A stretch of 34,529 bases of DNA from Frankiales bacterium. GTDB taxonomy: Bacteria; Actinomycetota; Actinomycetes; Mycobacteriales; SCTD01. A program made the position numbers and the translations under genes. Below are positions 17,677 through 29,522 of this stretch, in pieces. The DNA lies in contig JAODNB010000303.1 of assembly GCA_025464795.1 (NCBI GenBank), positions 1-34,529 of the forward strand, in the 5' to 3' direction. Position 1 is the first letter of the stretch. Each line of letters begins with the position of its first letter. Under the pieces are notes generated by a model that did not search any database, was not told the origin of the DNA, and was given only the letters and a program-made list of their open reading frames with translations.

Positions 17677-18204
17677 CTACTGGTTCTTGTAGTCCGGGTC
17701 GCCGGAGTGCTCGATGGCGTGCGGGTTGTCGAGGTAGCGCTTCTGGGAGATGACCACCTCGGCCTCAGCCTCGGTGCGGCCGACCCAGGCAGCGCCCTCG
17801 ACGGACTTGCCGGGCTCGAGGTCCTTGTAGACCTCGAAGAAGTGCTGGATCTCGAGCCGGTCGAACTCCGGCACGTGGAAGATGTCCTGCAGGTGGGACT
17901 GGCGCGGGTCTCCGACAGGTACGCAGAGCAGCTTCTCGTCCGGCCCGGCCTCGTCCGTCATGCGGAACATGCCGATCGTGCGGCAGCGGATGAGGCAGCC
18001 CGGGAACGTCGGCTCGTCGAGCAGCACGAGGGCGTCCAGCGGGTCACCGTCACCGCCGAGGGTGTCCTCCACGAAGCCGTAGTCGCTGGGGTAGCGCGTC
18101 GAGGTGAAGAGCATGCGGTCCAGGCGGATGCGGCCGGAGGTGTGGTCCACCTCGTACTTGTTCCGCTGGCCCTTCGGGATCTCGATGGTGACGTCGAACT
18201 CCAC
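17677..18204 (-). CDS. ppa: Soluble inorganic pyrophosphatase (family I)
   Basis: [39 protein letters not shown]; AGGAG RBS ahead of GTG 18204. Confidence 0.96.
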   Translation of the reverse strand: MEFDVTIEIPKGQRNKYEVDHTSGRIRLDRMLFTSTRYPSDYGFVEDTLGGDGDPLDALVLLDEPTFPGCLIRCRTIGMFRMTDEAGPDEKLLCVPVGDPRQSHLQDIFHVPEFDRLEIQHFFEVYKDLEPGKSVEGAAWVGRTEAEAEVVISQKRYLDNPHAIEHSGDPDYKNQ

Positions 18205-18332
18205 GGTGCGCACTTCTCCTGGCCTCAAGCGGTGACACGGACAGCACCTAGTGTCCCGTACGGACGAACCGGGCAGGTTCCCGGGAGGGTGTGGCAACGG
18301 CCACGTTCTGCAGAGCTCAAGGAGGCGATGGC

Positions 18333-19685
18333 GTGCGCAAGGGGCTGCTCGGGGTCACGGCCCTGGTGCTGCTCCTGGGTGCCGGCGCCGGCGGGACCCT
18401 CTACTACCGGGCCGACAACCCGACGACGCCCGTCGCCTCGCCCACTCGCAGCGCTGCACCACAGCCGGTCCGTGCCCCGATCCTGCAGCCGGCCGTCGCG
18501 ACCGCTCCGGTTCCCACGGGAGCCGGGTTGGCGCGCGCGCTCACGGCGGCGCTCCGGGCCCCTGGGCTCGGGACGAAGGTGGGGATGTCGGTCCTCGACG
18601 CGCTGTCCGGGGAGGCCCTGCTCGAGATCGGCGCGAGCCGCCCCGTGACACCGGCGTCCACGGCGAAGATCGCCACCGCTGTGGCTGCCCTCAAGGTCCT
18701 GCGACCCGAGCAGGTCTTCACGACGACCGTCACCCAGGGCGCCGCGGGCGACGTGGTCCTCGTCGGCGCCGGCGATCCCACCCTCGGTGGCAGGTTCGCC
18801 CAGGTCGGCTACCCGAGCGTGGCGCGGCTCTCGAACCTGGCCGCGCAGCTGAAGGGCGTGGTCGTCAAGCGGGTCGTCGTCGACGACAGGCTGTTCGCCG
18901 GCGCCCGGCTCGGCCCCGGGTGGAAGCCCGGGTACGTGAGCGACGGGGACGTCGCCCCCGTCAGCGCGCTCGAGGTCGATGAGGGACGCACCTCTCGCGC
19001 CAAGAGCTCCCCCCGGTCCTCGGACCCTGCGCTGGAGGCCGGACGGCAGCTCGCCGCCCTGCTTAAGGTCAGGACCGTCGTTCGCGGAGCGTCGCCCGCT
19101 GGTGCTGCGGTGCTGGCCCACGTGGACTCCCCGACGGTGGCCCAGCTGGTGGAGTCCATGCTGACGCGCAGCGACAACGACCTCGCCGAGGCCTTGTCCC
19201 GGCACGTCGCGCTGTCCATGAGGATGGCTGCCACCTTCGCCGGAGCGAGCGCGGCGGTCCACATCGCCCTCGGATCGATCCTCGACGACGCCCGTGTCGA
19301 TCGCTCCGCGCTTCAGCTCCGGGACGGCAGCGGGCTCTCGCCACTGGACCGCCTCGAACCGGCTGCCCTGACGAGGCTGCTCGCCGTCGTCGGCGCTGAC
19401 CAGCGGTACGGGCCCCTGCTGAGCGGCCTGCCCGTCGCCGGCTTCGACGGGACGCTGGCGAAGCGCTACCGCACGGCACCGACGTCGACCGCTGCCGGCG
19501 AGGTGCGGGCCAAGACCGGCACCTTGAACGGGGTCAGCGCTCTGGCTGGTCTCGTCCGCACCAAGGACGGCCGGTTGCTGGCGTTCGACCTGACCGCTGA
19601 CGGGGTGCCGCTCACCGGCAACCTCAAGGCCCAGGCCGCCCTCGATCGGGTCGCCGCCGTGCTGGCCTCCTGCGGCTGCACGTGA
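18333..19685 (+). CDS. dacB: D-Ala-D-Ala carboxypeptidase/endopeptidase (PBP4, peptidase S13)
   Basis: PASTAK (SxxK), SDN, DGSGLS, KTGTL; N-terminal signal/anchor; GGAGG RBS. Confidence 0.93.
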   Translation: MRKGLLGVTALVLLLGAGAGGTLYYRADNPTTPVASPTRSAAPQPVRAPILQPAVATAPVPTGAGLARALTAALRAPGLGTKVGMSVLDALSGEALLEIGASRPVTPASTAKIATAVAALKVLRPEQVFTTTVTQGAAGDVVLVGAGDPTLGGRFAQVGYPSVARLSNLAAQLKGVVVKRVVVDDRLFAGARLGPGWKPGYVSDGDVAPVSALEVDEGRTSRAKSSPRSSDPALEAGRQLAALLKVRTVVRGASPAGAAVLAHVDSPTVAQLVESMLTRSDNDLAEALSRHVALSMRMAATFAGASAAVHIALGSILDDARVDRSALQLRDGSGLSPLDRLEPAALTRLLAVVGADQRYGPLLSGLPVAGFDGTLAKRYRTAPTSTAAGEVRAKTGTLNGVSALAGLVRTKDGRLLAFDLTADGVPLTGNLKAQAALDRVAAVLASCGCT

Positions 19686-19705
19686 CCGCCACGTAGCCTC
19701 AGAGC

Positions 19706-20734
19706 ATGGGAGTCGTCGACACCGACCTGGCCGCTTCGGTCGCCGCTCGCCTCGCGCCCGCGGGCCCGAGGCTCAGCCTCACGGAGGCCGCCGATGTGGT
19801 GATCATGCTGCGCGACGTGACCGACCAGGCCGAGCAGCACGTCCGCGACGTGACGGGGCTGCACGGGGTTGTCGGACCCGCGACCGTCGTCGACCGACCA
19901 GGTTGGGCGAAGGCCAACATCGAGGGCTTCGACGTCGTGCTCGCCCCGCTCGGGGAAACCCTGCTGGCCAAGCAGAACAAGCTCGCCGCAGGCGTCACCT
20001 CGAAGGTGACGGCTGTCCAGATGGGGACGCTGCTGTCGTGGCTGTCGAGCAAGGTCCTGGGCCAGTACGAGGCGTTCCAGCCTCCGGGCCAGGAGGGCCG
20101 CCTGCTGCTCGTGGCGCCGAACATCGTCGAGACCGAGCGCCGGCTCGGTGTCGACCCGCACGACTTCCGGCTCTGGGTCGCGTTGCACGAGGTGACCCAC
20201 CGCACCCAGTTCACCGCTGTCGACTGGTTGCACGACCACGTCCGCTCCGAGATCGGTGAGCTGCTCAAGGCGACGTCGCTGGACGACCCGGAGGCCCTGC
20301 TGAAGCGGCTGAAAGCCGTCAGGTCCGTGCCGCGGGGCTCCCTCGCCGAGATGCTGCAGACCCCCGAGCAGCGCGTCGTGATGGACCGGGTCACCGCCTT
20401 CATGTCGCTGCTCGAGGGTCACGCCGAGCACGTCATGGACGGCGTCGGTCCGTCGGTGGTGCCGACCGTGCAGCTCATCCGCGACCGCTTCGAGGAACGT
20501 CGCCGGCACCGTGGCAACCCGCTCGAGCGCCTGCTGCGCAGGCTCCTGGGTCTCGACATGAAGGCGCTCCAGTACGCCGAGGGCTCGCGCTTCGTGAAGG
20601 CCGTGGTCGACGAGGTCGGCATGGCCGGCTTCAACCGGGTCTGGGAGTCGCCCGCCACGTTGCCGACCCGTGCCGAGATCACGGCGCCGCTCGACTGGGT
20701 GGCGCGCGTGCACGGGACCGCTGCCAGCGCATGA
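19706..20734 (+). CDS. Zinc-dependent metalloprotease-like protein (DUF2342/zincin)
   Basis: LWVALHEVTHRTQF (HExxH), MSLLEGHAEHVMD, KVLGQYE; usual location between dacB and tilS. Confidence 0.88.
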   Translation: MGVVDTDLAASVAARLAPAGPRLSLTEAADVVIMLRDVTDQAEQHVRDVTGLHGVVGPATVVDRPGWAKANIEGFDVVLAPLGETLLAKQNKLAAGVTSKVTAVQMGTLLSWLSSKVLGQYEAFQPPGQEGRLLLVAPNIVETERRLGVDPHDFRLWVALHEVTHRTQFTAVDWLHDHVRSEIGELLKATSLDDPEALLKRLKAVRSVPRGSLAEMLQTPEQRVVMDRVTAFMSLLEGHAEHVMDGVGPSVVPTVQLIRDRFEERRRHRGNPLERLLRRLLGLDMKALQYAEGSRFVKAVVDEVGMAGFNRVWESPATLPTRAEITAPLDWVARVHGTAASA

Positions 20735-21600
20735 CCGGCCCGCCGGTCGCGACAGCCGCCGTCAGGGTGGCCGTCCGCCGGTGCCTCGAGGGCGTCGAGG
20801 GCGTCGTCAGCGCAGCCGTGAGCGGAGGTGCTGACTCGCTGGCGCTCGCGGCCGCGCTCGCCTTCGAGCGCCCGGGTTCCGGAGCGGTGGTGGTGGACCA
20901 CCGGCTCCAGCCAGGGTCGGAGGAGGTCGCTGCCAAGGCAGCCGCGCAGTGCGCGGGCCTCGGGCTGGTGTCCCAGGTCCTCACCGGGCAGTCGCCCCCG
21001 GGTGAGGCCGCAGCCCGTGCCCTCCGTTACTCGCTGCTGGACACGGCCGGGGGCACCGTTCTGCTCGGACACACGAAGGACGACCAAGCCGAGTCGGTGC
21101 TCCTCGGCCTCCTGCGCGGATCCGGTACCCGAGCAGCCTCCGGCATGGCCGCCGTCCGCGGTCGCTACCGCAGGCCGCTGCTGGACGTCGCCCGCTCGGT
21201 GACGAGGCGGGCATGTGAGGAGGCGGGGCTCGAGCCGTGGGAGGACCCGCACAACGAGGACCCCTCGTACGCGCGGGTGAAGGCGCGACAGCTGCTCCAC
21301 GGGTTGGACCTGACCGACGGTCTGGCGCGCAGCGCACGGCTGCTCCGGGAGGACGCGGACGCCCTCGACGCGCTGACCGTCGTGACGCAGGACGTCGGTG
21401 AGCTGGCCAGCATGCCAGCGGCGCTGCGGTCGCGGAGCCTCAAGCGCTGGGCCGAGGAGCGCTGTGGCCAGGCCGTCACCAGCGCCCATGTCGATGCCCT
21501 GAGGGCCCTCGTCGAGGACTGGCGGGGCCAGGGCCCGGTGGCCCTTCCGGGGGGAGGCCGTGCCAGCCGCGATCAGGGACAGCTAGCCTTCGGACGGTGA
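20731..21600 (+). CDS. tilS: tRNA(Ile)-lysidine synthetase
   Basis: SGGADS PP-loop, [25 protein letters not shown]; adjacent to hpt. Confidence 0.93.
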   Translation: MTGPPVATAAVRVAVRRCLEGVEGVVSAAVSGGADSLALAAALAFERPGSGAVVVDHRLQPGSEEVAAKAAAQCAGLGLVSQVLTGQSPPGEAAARALRYSLLDTAGGTVLLGHTKDDQAESVLLGLLRGSGTRAASGMAAVRGRYRRPLLDVARSVTRRACEEAGLEPWEDPHNEDPSYARVKARQLLHGLDLTDGLARSARLLREDADALDALTVVTQDVGELASMPAALRSRSLKRWAEERCGQAVTSAHVDALRALVEDWRGQGPVALPGGGRASRDQGQLAFGR

Positions 21601-22148
21601 GCCAACGCGTCCCCGCGGAGATCGAGAAGGTCCTTGTCTCCGAGCAGGAGATCCAGGCCAAGATCCAGGAGCTCGCCCAGGCCATCGACCGGGACTACGC
21701 CGGCAAGGAGATCCTGCTCGTCGGGGTCCTCAAGGGCGCCGTGATGGTGATGGCAGACCTGGCGCGCGCCCTCGAGACGCCGGTCTCCATGGAGTTCATG
21801 GCCGTGTCCAGCTACGGCTCCTCGACCTCGTCGTCCGGTGTCGTCCGGATCCTGAAGGACCTCGACCGGGACCTGGCAGACCAGCACGTCCTGGTCGTCG
21901 AGGACATCATCGACTCCGGGCTGACCCTCAACTGGCTGCTGCGGAACATGCGCTCGCGCGGGCCGGCCTCGGTGGAGGTCTGCGCTCTGCTGCGCAAGCC
22001 CGAAGCCGCGAAGGTCGAGGTGCCCGTGAAGTACGTCGGCTTCGACATGCCGGACGAGTTCGTCGTGGGCTACGGACTGGACTACGGCGAGAGGTACCGG
22101 GACCTGCCTTTCGTGGGTCTGCTCAAGCCCGAGGTGTACGCGAGGTAG
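21597..22148 (+). CDS. hpt: Hypoxanthine phosphoribosyltransferase
   Basis: [33 protein letters not shown]. Confidence 0.97.
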   Translation: MSQRVPAEIEKVLVSEQEIQAKIQELAQAIDRDYAGKEILLVGVLKGAVMVMADLARALETPVSMEFMAVSSYGSSTSSSGVVRILKDLDRDLADQHVLVVEDIIDSGLTLNWLLRNMRSRGPASVEVCALLRKPEAAKVEVPVKYVGFDMPDEFVVGYGLDYGERYRDLPFVGLLKPEVYAR

Positions 22149-22164
22149 GTCACGTCCGGGTGGT

Positions 22165-22190
22165 GGAACGAGCCTGTCTGCGGGAGCGTT
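22165..22190 (+). promoter_or_regulatory. SigR/SigH-type ECF promoter upstream of ftsH
   Basis: GGAAC-N18-GTT; a second -10-like TACCGT lies at 22200-22205. Confidence 0.6.
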
Positions 22191-22268
22191 GAACCGGTGT
22201 ACCGTTTGTGACCACGTCCTACAGGACAATTCGCCGTCAGGAGGGACGGGGCATCCCGCCCCGCGCAC

Positions 22269-24326
<2,058 letters not shown>

Positions 24327-24349
24327 CGCCTGTCAGCAGGACCCTCGTC

Positions 24350-25117
24350 ATGGGGGTCCTCAACGTCACGCCGGACAGCTTCAGCGACGGCGGCCGCCAC
24401 GCCACCGTCGAGGAGGCGCTCGCGTTCGGGTTGCAGCTGCGCGACCAGGGCGCGGACCTGGTCGACGTCGGGGGCGAGTCCACCCGCCCGGGCGCCTCTC
24501 GGGTCCCGGTCGACGTCGAGCTGTCGCGGGTGGTCCCGGTCATCGCCGGCCTGGCTGCTGCCGGGGTGCAGTGCTCGGTCGACACCACGCGAGCCTCGGT
24601 CGCCCTCGCCGCTGTCGAGGCCGGTGCGGTTCTCGTCAACGACGTGAGCGGCGGTCTGGCCGACCCGACGATGCTCGGTGTGGTGGCTTCGCTGGGGGTG
24701 CCCTACGTCGCGATGCACTGGCGAGGTTCCAGCGCTGACATGCAGACCCGAGCGGTGTACGACGACGTCGTCGCCGAGGTCTGCGCCGAGCTCGCCGCGC
24801 GGGTGCAGGCGTGCTCCGCCGCGGGGATCGCGTCGGTGATCGTCGATCCGGGGATCGGGTTCGCGAAGACGGCGGAGCACAACTGGGCGCTGCTCGCTGC
24901 CCTCCCTCGTCTTCGTGAGCTGGGCCCGCTGCTGCTCGGTTCGTCACGCAAGGCCTTCCTGGGTGCGCTCCTCGACAGCCGCGAACCTGCGGGCCGGGAC
25001 AACGCCACCACCGCCCTCACGGCCCTCGCAGCGGCGGAAGGCGCGTGGGGGGTGCGGGTGCACGACGTCAGCGGCTCCGCTGACGCCGTCAGGGTCGTGG
25101 AGCGGCTGCGTGGATGA
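24350..25117 (+). CDS. folP: Dihydropteroate synthase
   Basis: MGVLNVTPDSFSDGG, DVGGESTRPG, NDVSGG, DPGIGFAK, SRKAFLG, RVHDV; exact start uncertain. Confidence 0.95.
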   Translation: MGVLNVTPDSFSDGGRHATVEEALAFGLQLRDQGADLVDVGGESTRPGASRVPVDVELSRVVPVIAGLAAAGVQCSVDTTRASVALAAVEAGAVLVNDVSGGLADPTMLGVVASLGVPYVAMHWRGSSADMQTRAVYDDVVAEVCAELAARVQACSAAGIASVIVDPGIGFAKTAEHNWALLAALPRLRELGPLLLGSSRKAFLGALLDSREPAGRDNATTALTALAAAEGAWGVRVHDVSGSADAVRVVERLRG

Positions 25118-25505
25118 GGTCGAGGCCGCGAACGCGGCCCTCTACAGCGCCTTCGAGACCGGTGACGTGGACCTGATGGAGGCGGTCTGGGACCAGGAGG
25201 AGCCCGAGGCTCTGGTCTGCGTGCACCCCGGCTGGCCGATGCTCCGGGGTCGCGTGGCGATCCTGCGGTCGTGGTCTGCCGTCATGGCCAACACCGACTA
25301 CATCCAGTTCTTCCTCACCGACGTGCAGGTCGCGGTCGCCGGCCCGACCGCGATCGTCACCTGCACCGAGAACGTGCTGACCTCCGCCGACGTCGGCGAG
25401 AACACCTCGGTGGTTGCCACCAACGTCTTCGTCAAGCGAGCGGAGGGGTGGCGGCTCCTGGTCCACCACGGCTCGCCCGTGCTCGGGAGGCTCTCTCATG
25501 AGTGA
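25110..25505 (+). CDS. NTF2/SnoaL-like protein
   Basis: ANAALYSAFETGD, CVHPGW, ATNVF, WRLLVHHGSPV; overlaps folP stop and folB start. Confidence 0.85.
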   Translation: MDEVEAANAALYSAFETGDVDLMEAVWDQEEPEALVCVHPGWPMLRGRVAILRSWSAVMANTDYIQFFLTDVQVAVAGPTAIVTCTENVLTSADVGENTSVVATNVFVKRAEGWRLLVHHGSPVLGRLSHE

Positions 25506-25854
25506 TCGCATCGCCCTGACCGGGCTGCGCGTCCGGGGCTTCCACGGCGTGCTGGCCTCCGAGCGCAGCGAGGGTCAGGACTTCGTCATCGACGCGGTCC
25601 TCAACGTCGACACCCGAGCCGCGGCGGCCTCGGACGACCTGGCTGCAACGGTCGACTACGGCTCGCTGGCGTCGCAGCTGGCGGACGTGGTCGCGGGCGA
25701 GCCGGTCAACCTCATCGAGACCCTCGCGGCCCGCCTCGCCGCGGTGTGCCTCGCCGACCCGCGCGTCATCTCCGCCCGCGTCACGGTGCACAAGCCGTCC
25801 GCACCGATCCCCTTGACCTTCCAGGACGTCTCGGTGACGGTGGAACGACCGTGA
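25498..25854 (+). CDS. folB: Dihydroneopterin aldolase
   Basis: DRIALTGL..GFHGV..ER..GQ.F, SDDLAATVDYG, NLIETLA, VHKPSAPI. Confidence 0.95.
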   Translation: MSDRIALTGLRVRGFHGVLASERSEGQDFVIDAVLNVDTRAAAASDDLAATVDYGSLASQLADVVAGEPVNLIETLAARLAAVCLADPRVISARVTVHKPSAPIPLTFQDVSVTVERP

Positions 25855-26297
25855 CGGCGGTCCTGTCGCTGGGCTCCAACCTCGGAGATCGCCTGGGGTA
25901 CCTGCGATCTGGCCTCGCCGTGCTTGAGCCGGTGGCCGTGTCACCGGTGTACGAGACGGCGCCGTGGGGGGACGTCGAGCAGGCCGACTTCCTCAACGTC
26001 ATCGCGCTGTGCTCCTGGGACGCGTCCGAGGCATGGCGTCGCGCCGTCCTCGCGGAGACCCGAGCTGAGCGCTCTCGCGAGGTCCGTTGGGGCCCGCGGA
26101 CCCTGGACGTCGACGTCGTGTGGGCCTCGGGTTCCGACCCGGCGCTCGAGCTGCCGCACCCACGAGCTCACGAGCGCGCCTTCGTCCTCGTCCCCTGGTT
26201 GGCCGTCGATCCCGCCGCGGTGCTTCCGGGGCACGGACCCGTGGCCGAGCTTCCGGTCGACGCCTCGTCGGTGTGGCTCGCAGCGGAGCAGCTGTGA
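25851..26297 (+). CDS. folK: 2-amino-4-hydroxy-6-hydroxymethyldihydropteridine diphosphokinase
   Basis: LSLGSNLGDR, YETAPWG, RWGPRTLDVD, LPHPRAHERAFVLVP. Confidence 0.94.
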   Translation: MTAVLSLGSNLGDRLGYLRSGLAVLEPVAVSPVYETAPWGDVEQADFLNVIALCSWDASEAWRRAVLAETRAERSREVRWGPRTLDVDVVWASGSDPALELPHPRAHERAFVLVPWLAVDPAAVLPGHGPVAELPVDASSVWLAAEQL

Positions 26298-26740
26298 CTC
26301 CCACCAGGCTCCCCGTTCTGGTGGCGTTGGCGGTCCTCACCGCCGTCCTCGGTTGGTTCGCCATCAACCTGCAGACGGGGGAGCTGCTGTCCCTGCCGCT
26401 TCTCGCGCCGGGTGTCGGCACGCTGATGGCGCTGTTCGAGCTCGTGCTCGCCAAGGTGGTGCGGGACCGGCTGCGGGGGCGCAGTCGTGGTCGGCGGCAG
26501 ATGCACCCGTTCCAGATCGCTCGGGCCGCGGTCCTGGCGAAGGCCTCGTCCACGACCGGAGCACTGCTCACCGGCCTGTACGCCGGTCTGTGGCTGTGGT
26601 TCTTCCAGCACGACGAGCTGCGCGTCGCCGCTGACAACGCCGTCGTGGCGGCCCTCTCGGTCGGCGCGTCAGTCCTGCTCGTCCTCGCGGCGCTCGTCCT
26701 CGAGCGGATGTGCCGGACGCCGGACCTGCCCTCGGAATAG
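26294..26740 (+). CDS. DUF3180-family membrane protein
   Basis: MTPTR start, ARAAVLAKASS, C-terminal LERMCRTP; follows folK as in other actinobacteria. Confidence 0.82.
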   Translation: MTPTRLPVLVALAVLTAVLGWFAINLQTGELLSLPLLAPGVGTLMALFELVLAKVVRDRLRGRSRGRRQMHPFQIARAAVLAKASSTTGALLTGLYAGLWLWFFQHDELRVAADNAVVAALSVGASVLLVLAALVLERMCRTPDLPSE

Positions 26741-26749
26741 GTTCTCCGT

Positions 26750-27004
26750 ATGGAACCCACCACCGAAGAGCTCCGGCAGCAGGCTTTCGACAAGGCCCGC
26801 GCCGCCCACGACGTCGGCTTCTTCTGGGACATCGTGAAGCACCTGCGCTCGTCGGCCTCCTTCGCGTCGGAGGACGGCTCGGGCGGAGGCCTCACCGGAT
26901 CGATCAGCGACGCGGTCGAGATCGTCCGCGAGCTCATGGGCAAGGACCTCGGCGACGACGAAGCCCTCCTCCGCGCCAAGTTCTCCGACTACCTGAAGAC
27001 CTGA
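26750..27004 (+). CDS. Small hypothetical helical protein
   Basis: 84 aa, good GC3 bias, TAGGTT 6 nt before ATG, fills the gap before the convergent nuoD-like gene. Confidence 0.7.
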   Translation: MEPTTEELRQQAFDKARAAHDVGFFWDIVKHLRSSASFASEDGSGGGLTGSISDAVEIVRELMGKDLGDDEALLRAKFSDYLKT

Positions 27005-27008
27005 CCCG

Positions 27009-28076
27009 CTACTTGTCGATGTCGCCGACGGTGAAGAAGAAGGAGGCGAGGATCGCGGGCAGGTCCTGGACACGGGACCCGGGCAGCACCGAAGGCAGCG
27101 CCGACACGTTGTTGAACGAGGGCGTCCGCATCGCCAGCCGCCACGGCGTGGACGCTCCCCGCGACACCAAGAAGTAGCCGACCGCCCCGGACGGGGCCTC
27201 GGTCCACCGGTACGCGGACCCCTCGGGAGCGCGGACGGCCTTGGGCAGCTTGACGTTCACCGGGCCGGTCGGCAGCTGTGACAGGCAGGCGTCGACGAGG
27301 TCCAACGACACCGACACCTGCTGCTGGAGGCAGGAGAACCGCGCGGCCGCGTCGCCGGTCGTGCCCAGCACCACTGGGACGTCCAGGGAGGGGTAGAGCA
27401 GGTACGGGTCGTCGCGGCGAAGGTCGAGGTCGAGCCCCGACCCGCGGGCCACGGGACCTGACACCCCGTACGAGAGCGCGTCGGCGACCGACAGGACGCC
27501 CAGCCCCGCGAACGCAGCGAGGTCTAGCGCGGGGAGCGCTGAGCGCACGGCCGCGACCGCGGAGGAGCAGCGCGACGCCCAGCCCGCCGGGACGTCCTCC
27601 AGGAGCCCGCCCACTCGGGTGCAGACCACGTGGACCCGGCCGCCCGTGGCCTCCTCGAGCACCTGCTGCAGCGGCTCGCGCAGCAGGACGCAGGACGGCT
27701 CGACGTACCCGAGGAACATCAGGTGCGACAGCACTCGGTTGAGCTCGGCGAGCAGCATGCGCAGCCAGGTCGCGCGGGGCGGCACCTCCATGCCGAGGGC
27801 CTGCTCCACGACGAGCGCCACGCCCAGCTCGTTGTTGAACGCTGCGAGCCAGTCATGCCGGTTCGCGAGCATCAGGATCTGCCGGTAGTCCCGGACCTCG
27901 AACAGCTTCTCCGCACCGCGGTGCAGCGCCCCGACCACCGGCTCCGCCCAGGTGACGATGTCGGAGTCGAGCCCCAAGCGGAGCCGCAGCGAGCCGTGCG
28001 TGGACGGGTGGTGCGCGCCCAGCTCGAGGGTGATGTCAGAGGGCCCCGCGGCTGCTCCGATGCCGGCGACTGTCAC
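27009..28076 (-). CDS. Stand-alone NADH-quinone oxidoreductase subunit D-like protein (complex I 49 kDa family)
   Basis: [67 protein letters not shown]; GTG 28076 overlaps the upstream gene's TGA. Confidence 0.9.
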   Translation of the reverse strand: MTVAGIGAAAGPSDITLELGAHHPSTHGSLRLRLGLDSDIVTWAEPVVGALHRGAEKLFEVRDYRQILMLANRHDWLAAFNNELGVALVVEQALGMEVPPRATWLRMLLAELNRVLSHLMFLGYVEPSCVLLREPLQQVLEEATGGRVHVVCTRVGGLLEDVPAGWASRCSSAVAAVRSALPALDLAAFAGLGVLSVADALSYGVSGPVARGSGLDLDLRRDDPYLLYPSLDVPVVLGTTGDAAARFSCLQQQVSVSLDLVDACLSQLPTGPVNVKLPKAVRAPEGSAYRWTEAPSGAVGYFLVSRGASTPWRLAMRTPSFNNVSALPSVLPGSRVQDLPAILASFFFTVGDIDK

Positions 28077-28957
28077 CCGCCCATCCAACCGTCCGTCAGG
28101 CCGACCCGCTGCACCAGCCACCCGAAGCCACCCAGGCCGGCCGGGTCCAGGAGCTCGGCGGCTTGCGATGCCCGCTCGAGTCCGAGCGCGTACGAGGGGT
28201 CCGCTGCGTCCGGGAGGGTGGCGCGGATCCCCAAGGCGTGCAACGCGGCCCGCTGGGTCATCAGCTCGGCCCCGGTCGCCGCTGCGCAGGAGTCCAGGGC
28301 CACGTGCGCGGTGAGGTCGCGCGCACCGTCCGGGACAGGTGGGACCTGCAGCCCGTCCCGATAGCCGGTCAGCGTCGGGCGCCGGGTCTCCATGACGTGG
28401 CCGTAGTCGATCGCGACGGCGGCTCCCCGAGTCACCCTGGAGACGGCCTGCGCCCAGGCCTCGTCGCGGGACCAACCGTCCTCGACGCGAGCGCCGGCGG
28501 GCCACCAACGATCGGCCCAGGCCGAGTCCACCGGGTCACCGAGGGACTCACTGCCGTCAGGTGCGACGAGGACCTCACGCCCGTTCTCCAGGACCTGCAG
28601 CGGCACAGCGTCCAGCCACTCGTTGGCAACCAGGAGCCCTGTCAGCACAGGGATCTCGGAGGTCCAAGCGAAGGGCACGTCGGCGTCCGCGACGTCCACG
28701 CCGGTCAGCCGCCAGCGCTCGGGGACGTCACCGAGCCCGAGCAGCAGCTCTCCGCGGCCCGCGCCGACATCGACCAGGTCGAAGGGGTCCGGGAAGCCGA
28801 GAGCTGCATCCACGCGGTGGGCGAGCCGCAGCACCGCCTCCGCGAACAGCGGGACGGCGACGTTCGTGCGGAAGTGCTCGCCCGGCACCTCGTGCCGGAA
28901 GAAGCCGGAGGACCCGTAGAGCGCCTCGTTCCACGCCGAGCGCCAAGATGTCGCCAT
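28073..28957 (-). CDS. SAM-dependent methyltransferase, MidA/NDUFAF7 family
   Basis: [49 protein letters not shown]; start 28957 or 28966. Confidence 0.87.
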   Translation of the reverse strand: MATSWRSAWNEALYGSSGFFRHEVPGEHFRTNVAVPLFAEAVLRLAHRVDAALGFPDPFDLVDVGAGRGELLLGLGDVPERWRLTGVDVADADVPFAWTSEIPVLTGLLVANEWLDAVPLQVLENGREVLVAPDGSESLGDPVDSAWADRWWPAGARVEDGWSRDEAWAQAVSRVTRGAAVAIDYGHVMETRRPTLTGYRDGLQVPPVPDGARDLTAHVALDSCAAATGAELMTQRAALHALGIRATLPDAADPSYALGLERASQAAELLDPAGLGGFGWLVQRVGLTDGWMGG

Positions 28958-29387
28958 GGTGCACATCGGTCAGACCATCGGTATGTCAGTCGTGGAGCGT
29001 GCGGAAGGGCGGTCCGTGCTGACGTGGGACGCGCAACCGGAGTACGGGTTCCCGACGGCGTCGGGCCAGGTCATCCACGGAGGCATGGTCACCACGATCC
29101 TGGACAGTGCCATGGGGGGTGCCACCTGGTCGGTACTGACCGACGACGAGGTGTTCCTGACCGCGGACCTGCGGGTGGAGTTCTACCGGGCGACGCGACC
29201 AGGTCAGCTCACAGCGAAGGGCCTGGTGATCAAGCGGACCTCCCGGCTCGTCTTCGCGTCCGCCGAGCTGTTCGATGCTGAGGAGAGGCTGCTCGCGAGC
29301 AGCCGCTGCACCCAGACGGTCCTGCCGGCAACCGGCGGCGCAGCCCGTCCCGACCCTTCGAAGCGGGGGTTCGACGCCCGGGGCTGA
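28956..29387 (+). CDS. PaaI-family hotdog thioesterase
   Basis: VIHGGMVTTILDSAMG, TADLRVEFYR; start 28956 or 28983. Confidence 0.85.
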   Translation: MVHIGQTIGMSVVERAEGRSVLTWDAQPEYGFPTASGQVIHGGMVTTILDSAMGGATWSVLTDDEVFLTADLRVEFYRATRPGQLTAKGLVIKRTSRLVFASAELFDAEERLLASSRCTQTVLPATGGAARPDPSKRGFDARG

Positions 29388-29454
29388 GGACCGGCAAACC
29401 GGTGAAGACCTGCCGAACGTGATTCGGGTCGGCGGTGACTTAGGGCACAAGGCC

Positions 29455-29482
29455 TTGCACCGCCGTTTCTCAGCGTTACCCT
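29455..29482 (+). promoter_or_regulatory. Housekeeping-type promoter of the pan/nad/coaX operon
   Basis: TTGCAC (29455-29460), N16, TACCCT (29477-29482). Confidence 0.5.
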
Positions 29483-29492
29483 CGTCGCAACA

Positions 29493-29522
29493 CGTCCGGT
29501 ACCCCTACGAAGGACTGGAACG
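29493..29522 (+). ncRNA. Leader hairpin with two bulged adenosines (pan-RNA-motif-like cis element)
   Basis: CGT-CCGGT-[A]-CC loop GG-ACTGG-[A]-ACG, 6 nt upstream of the ATG of the first pantothenate gene. Confidence 0.5.

Noticed and set aside
14060-17700. Possible integrative element at tRNA-Thr
   Set aside because: No integrase, no att duplication seen, no apparent compositional shift.
2681-18204. Co-occurrence of membrane (hppA) and soluble (ppa) pyrophosphatases as a system
   Set aside because: Common in actinomycetes; the genes are about 13 kb apart in separate transcription units.
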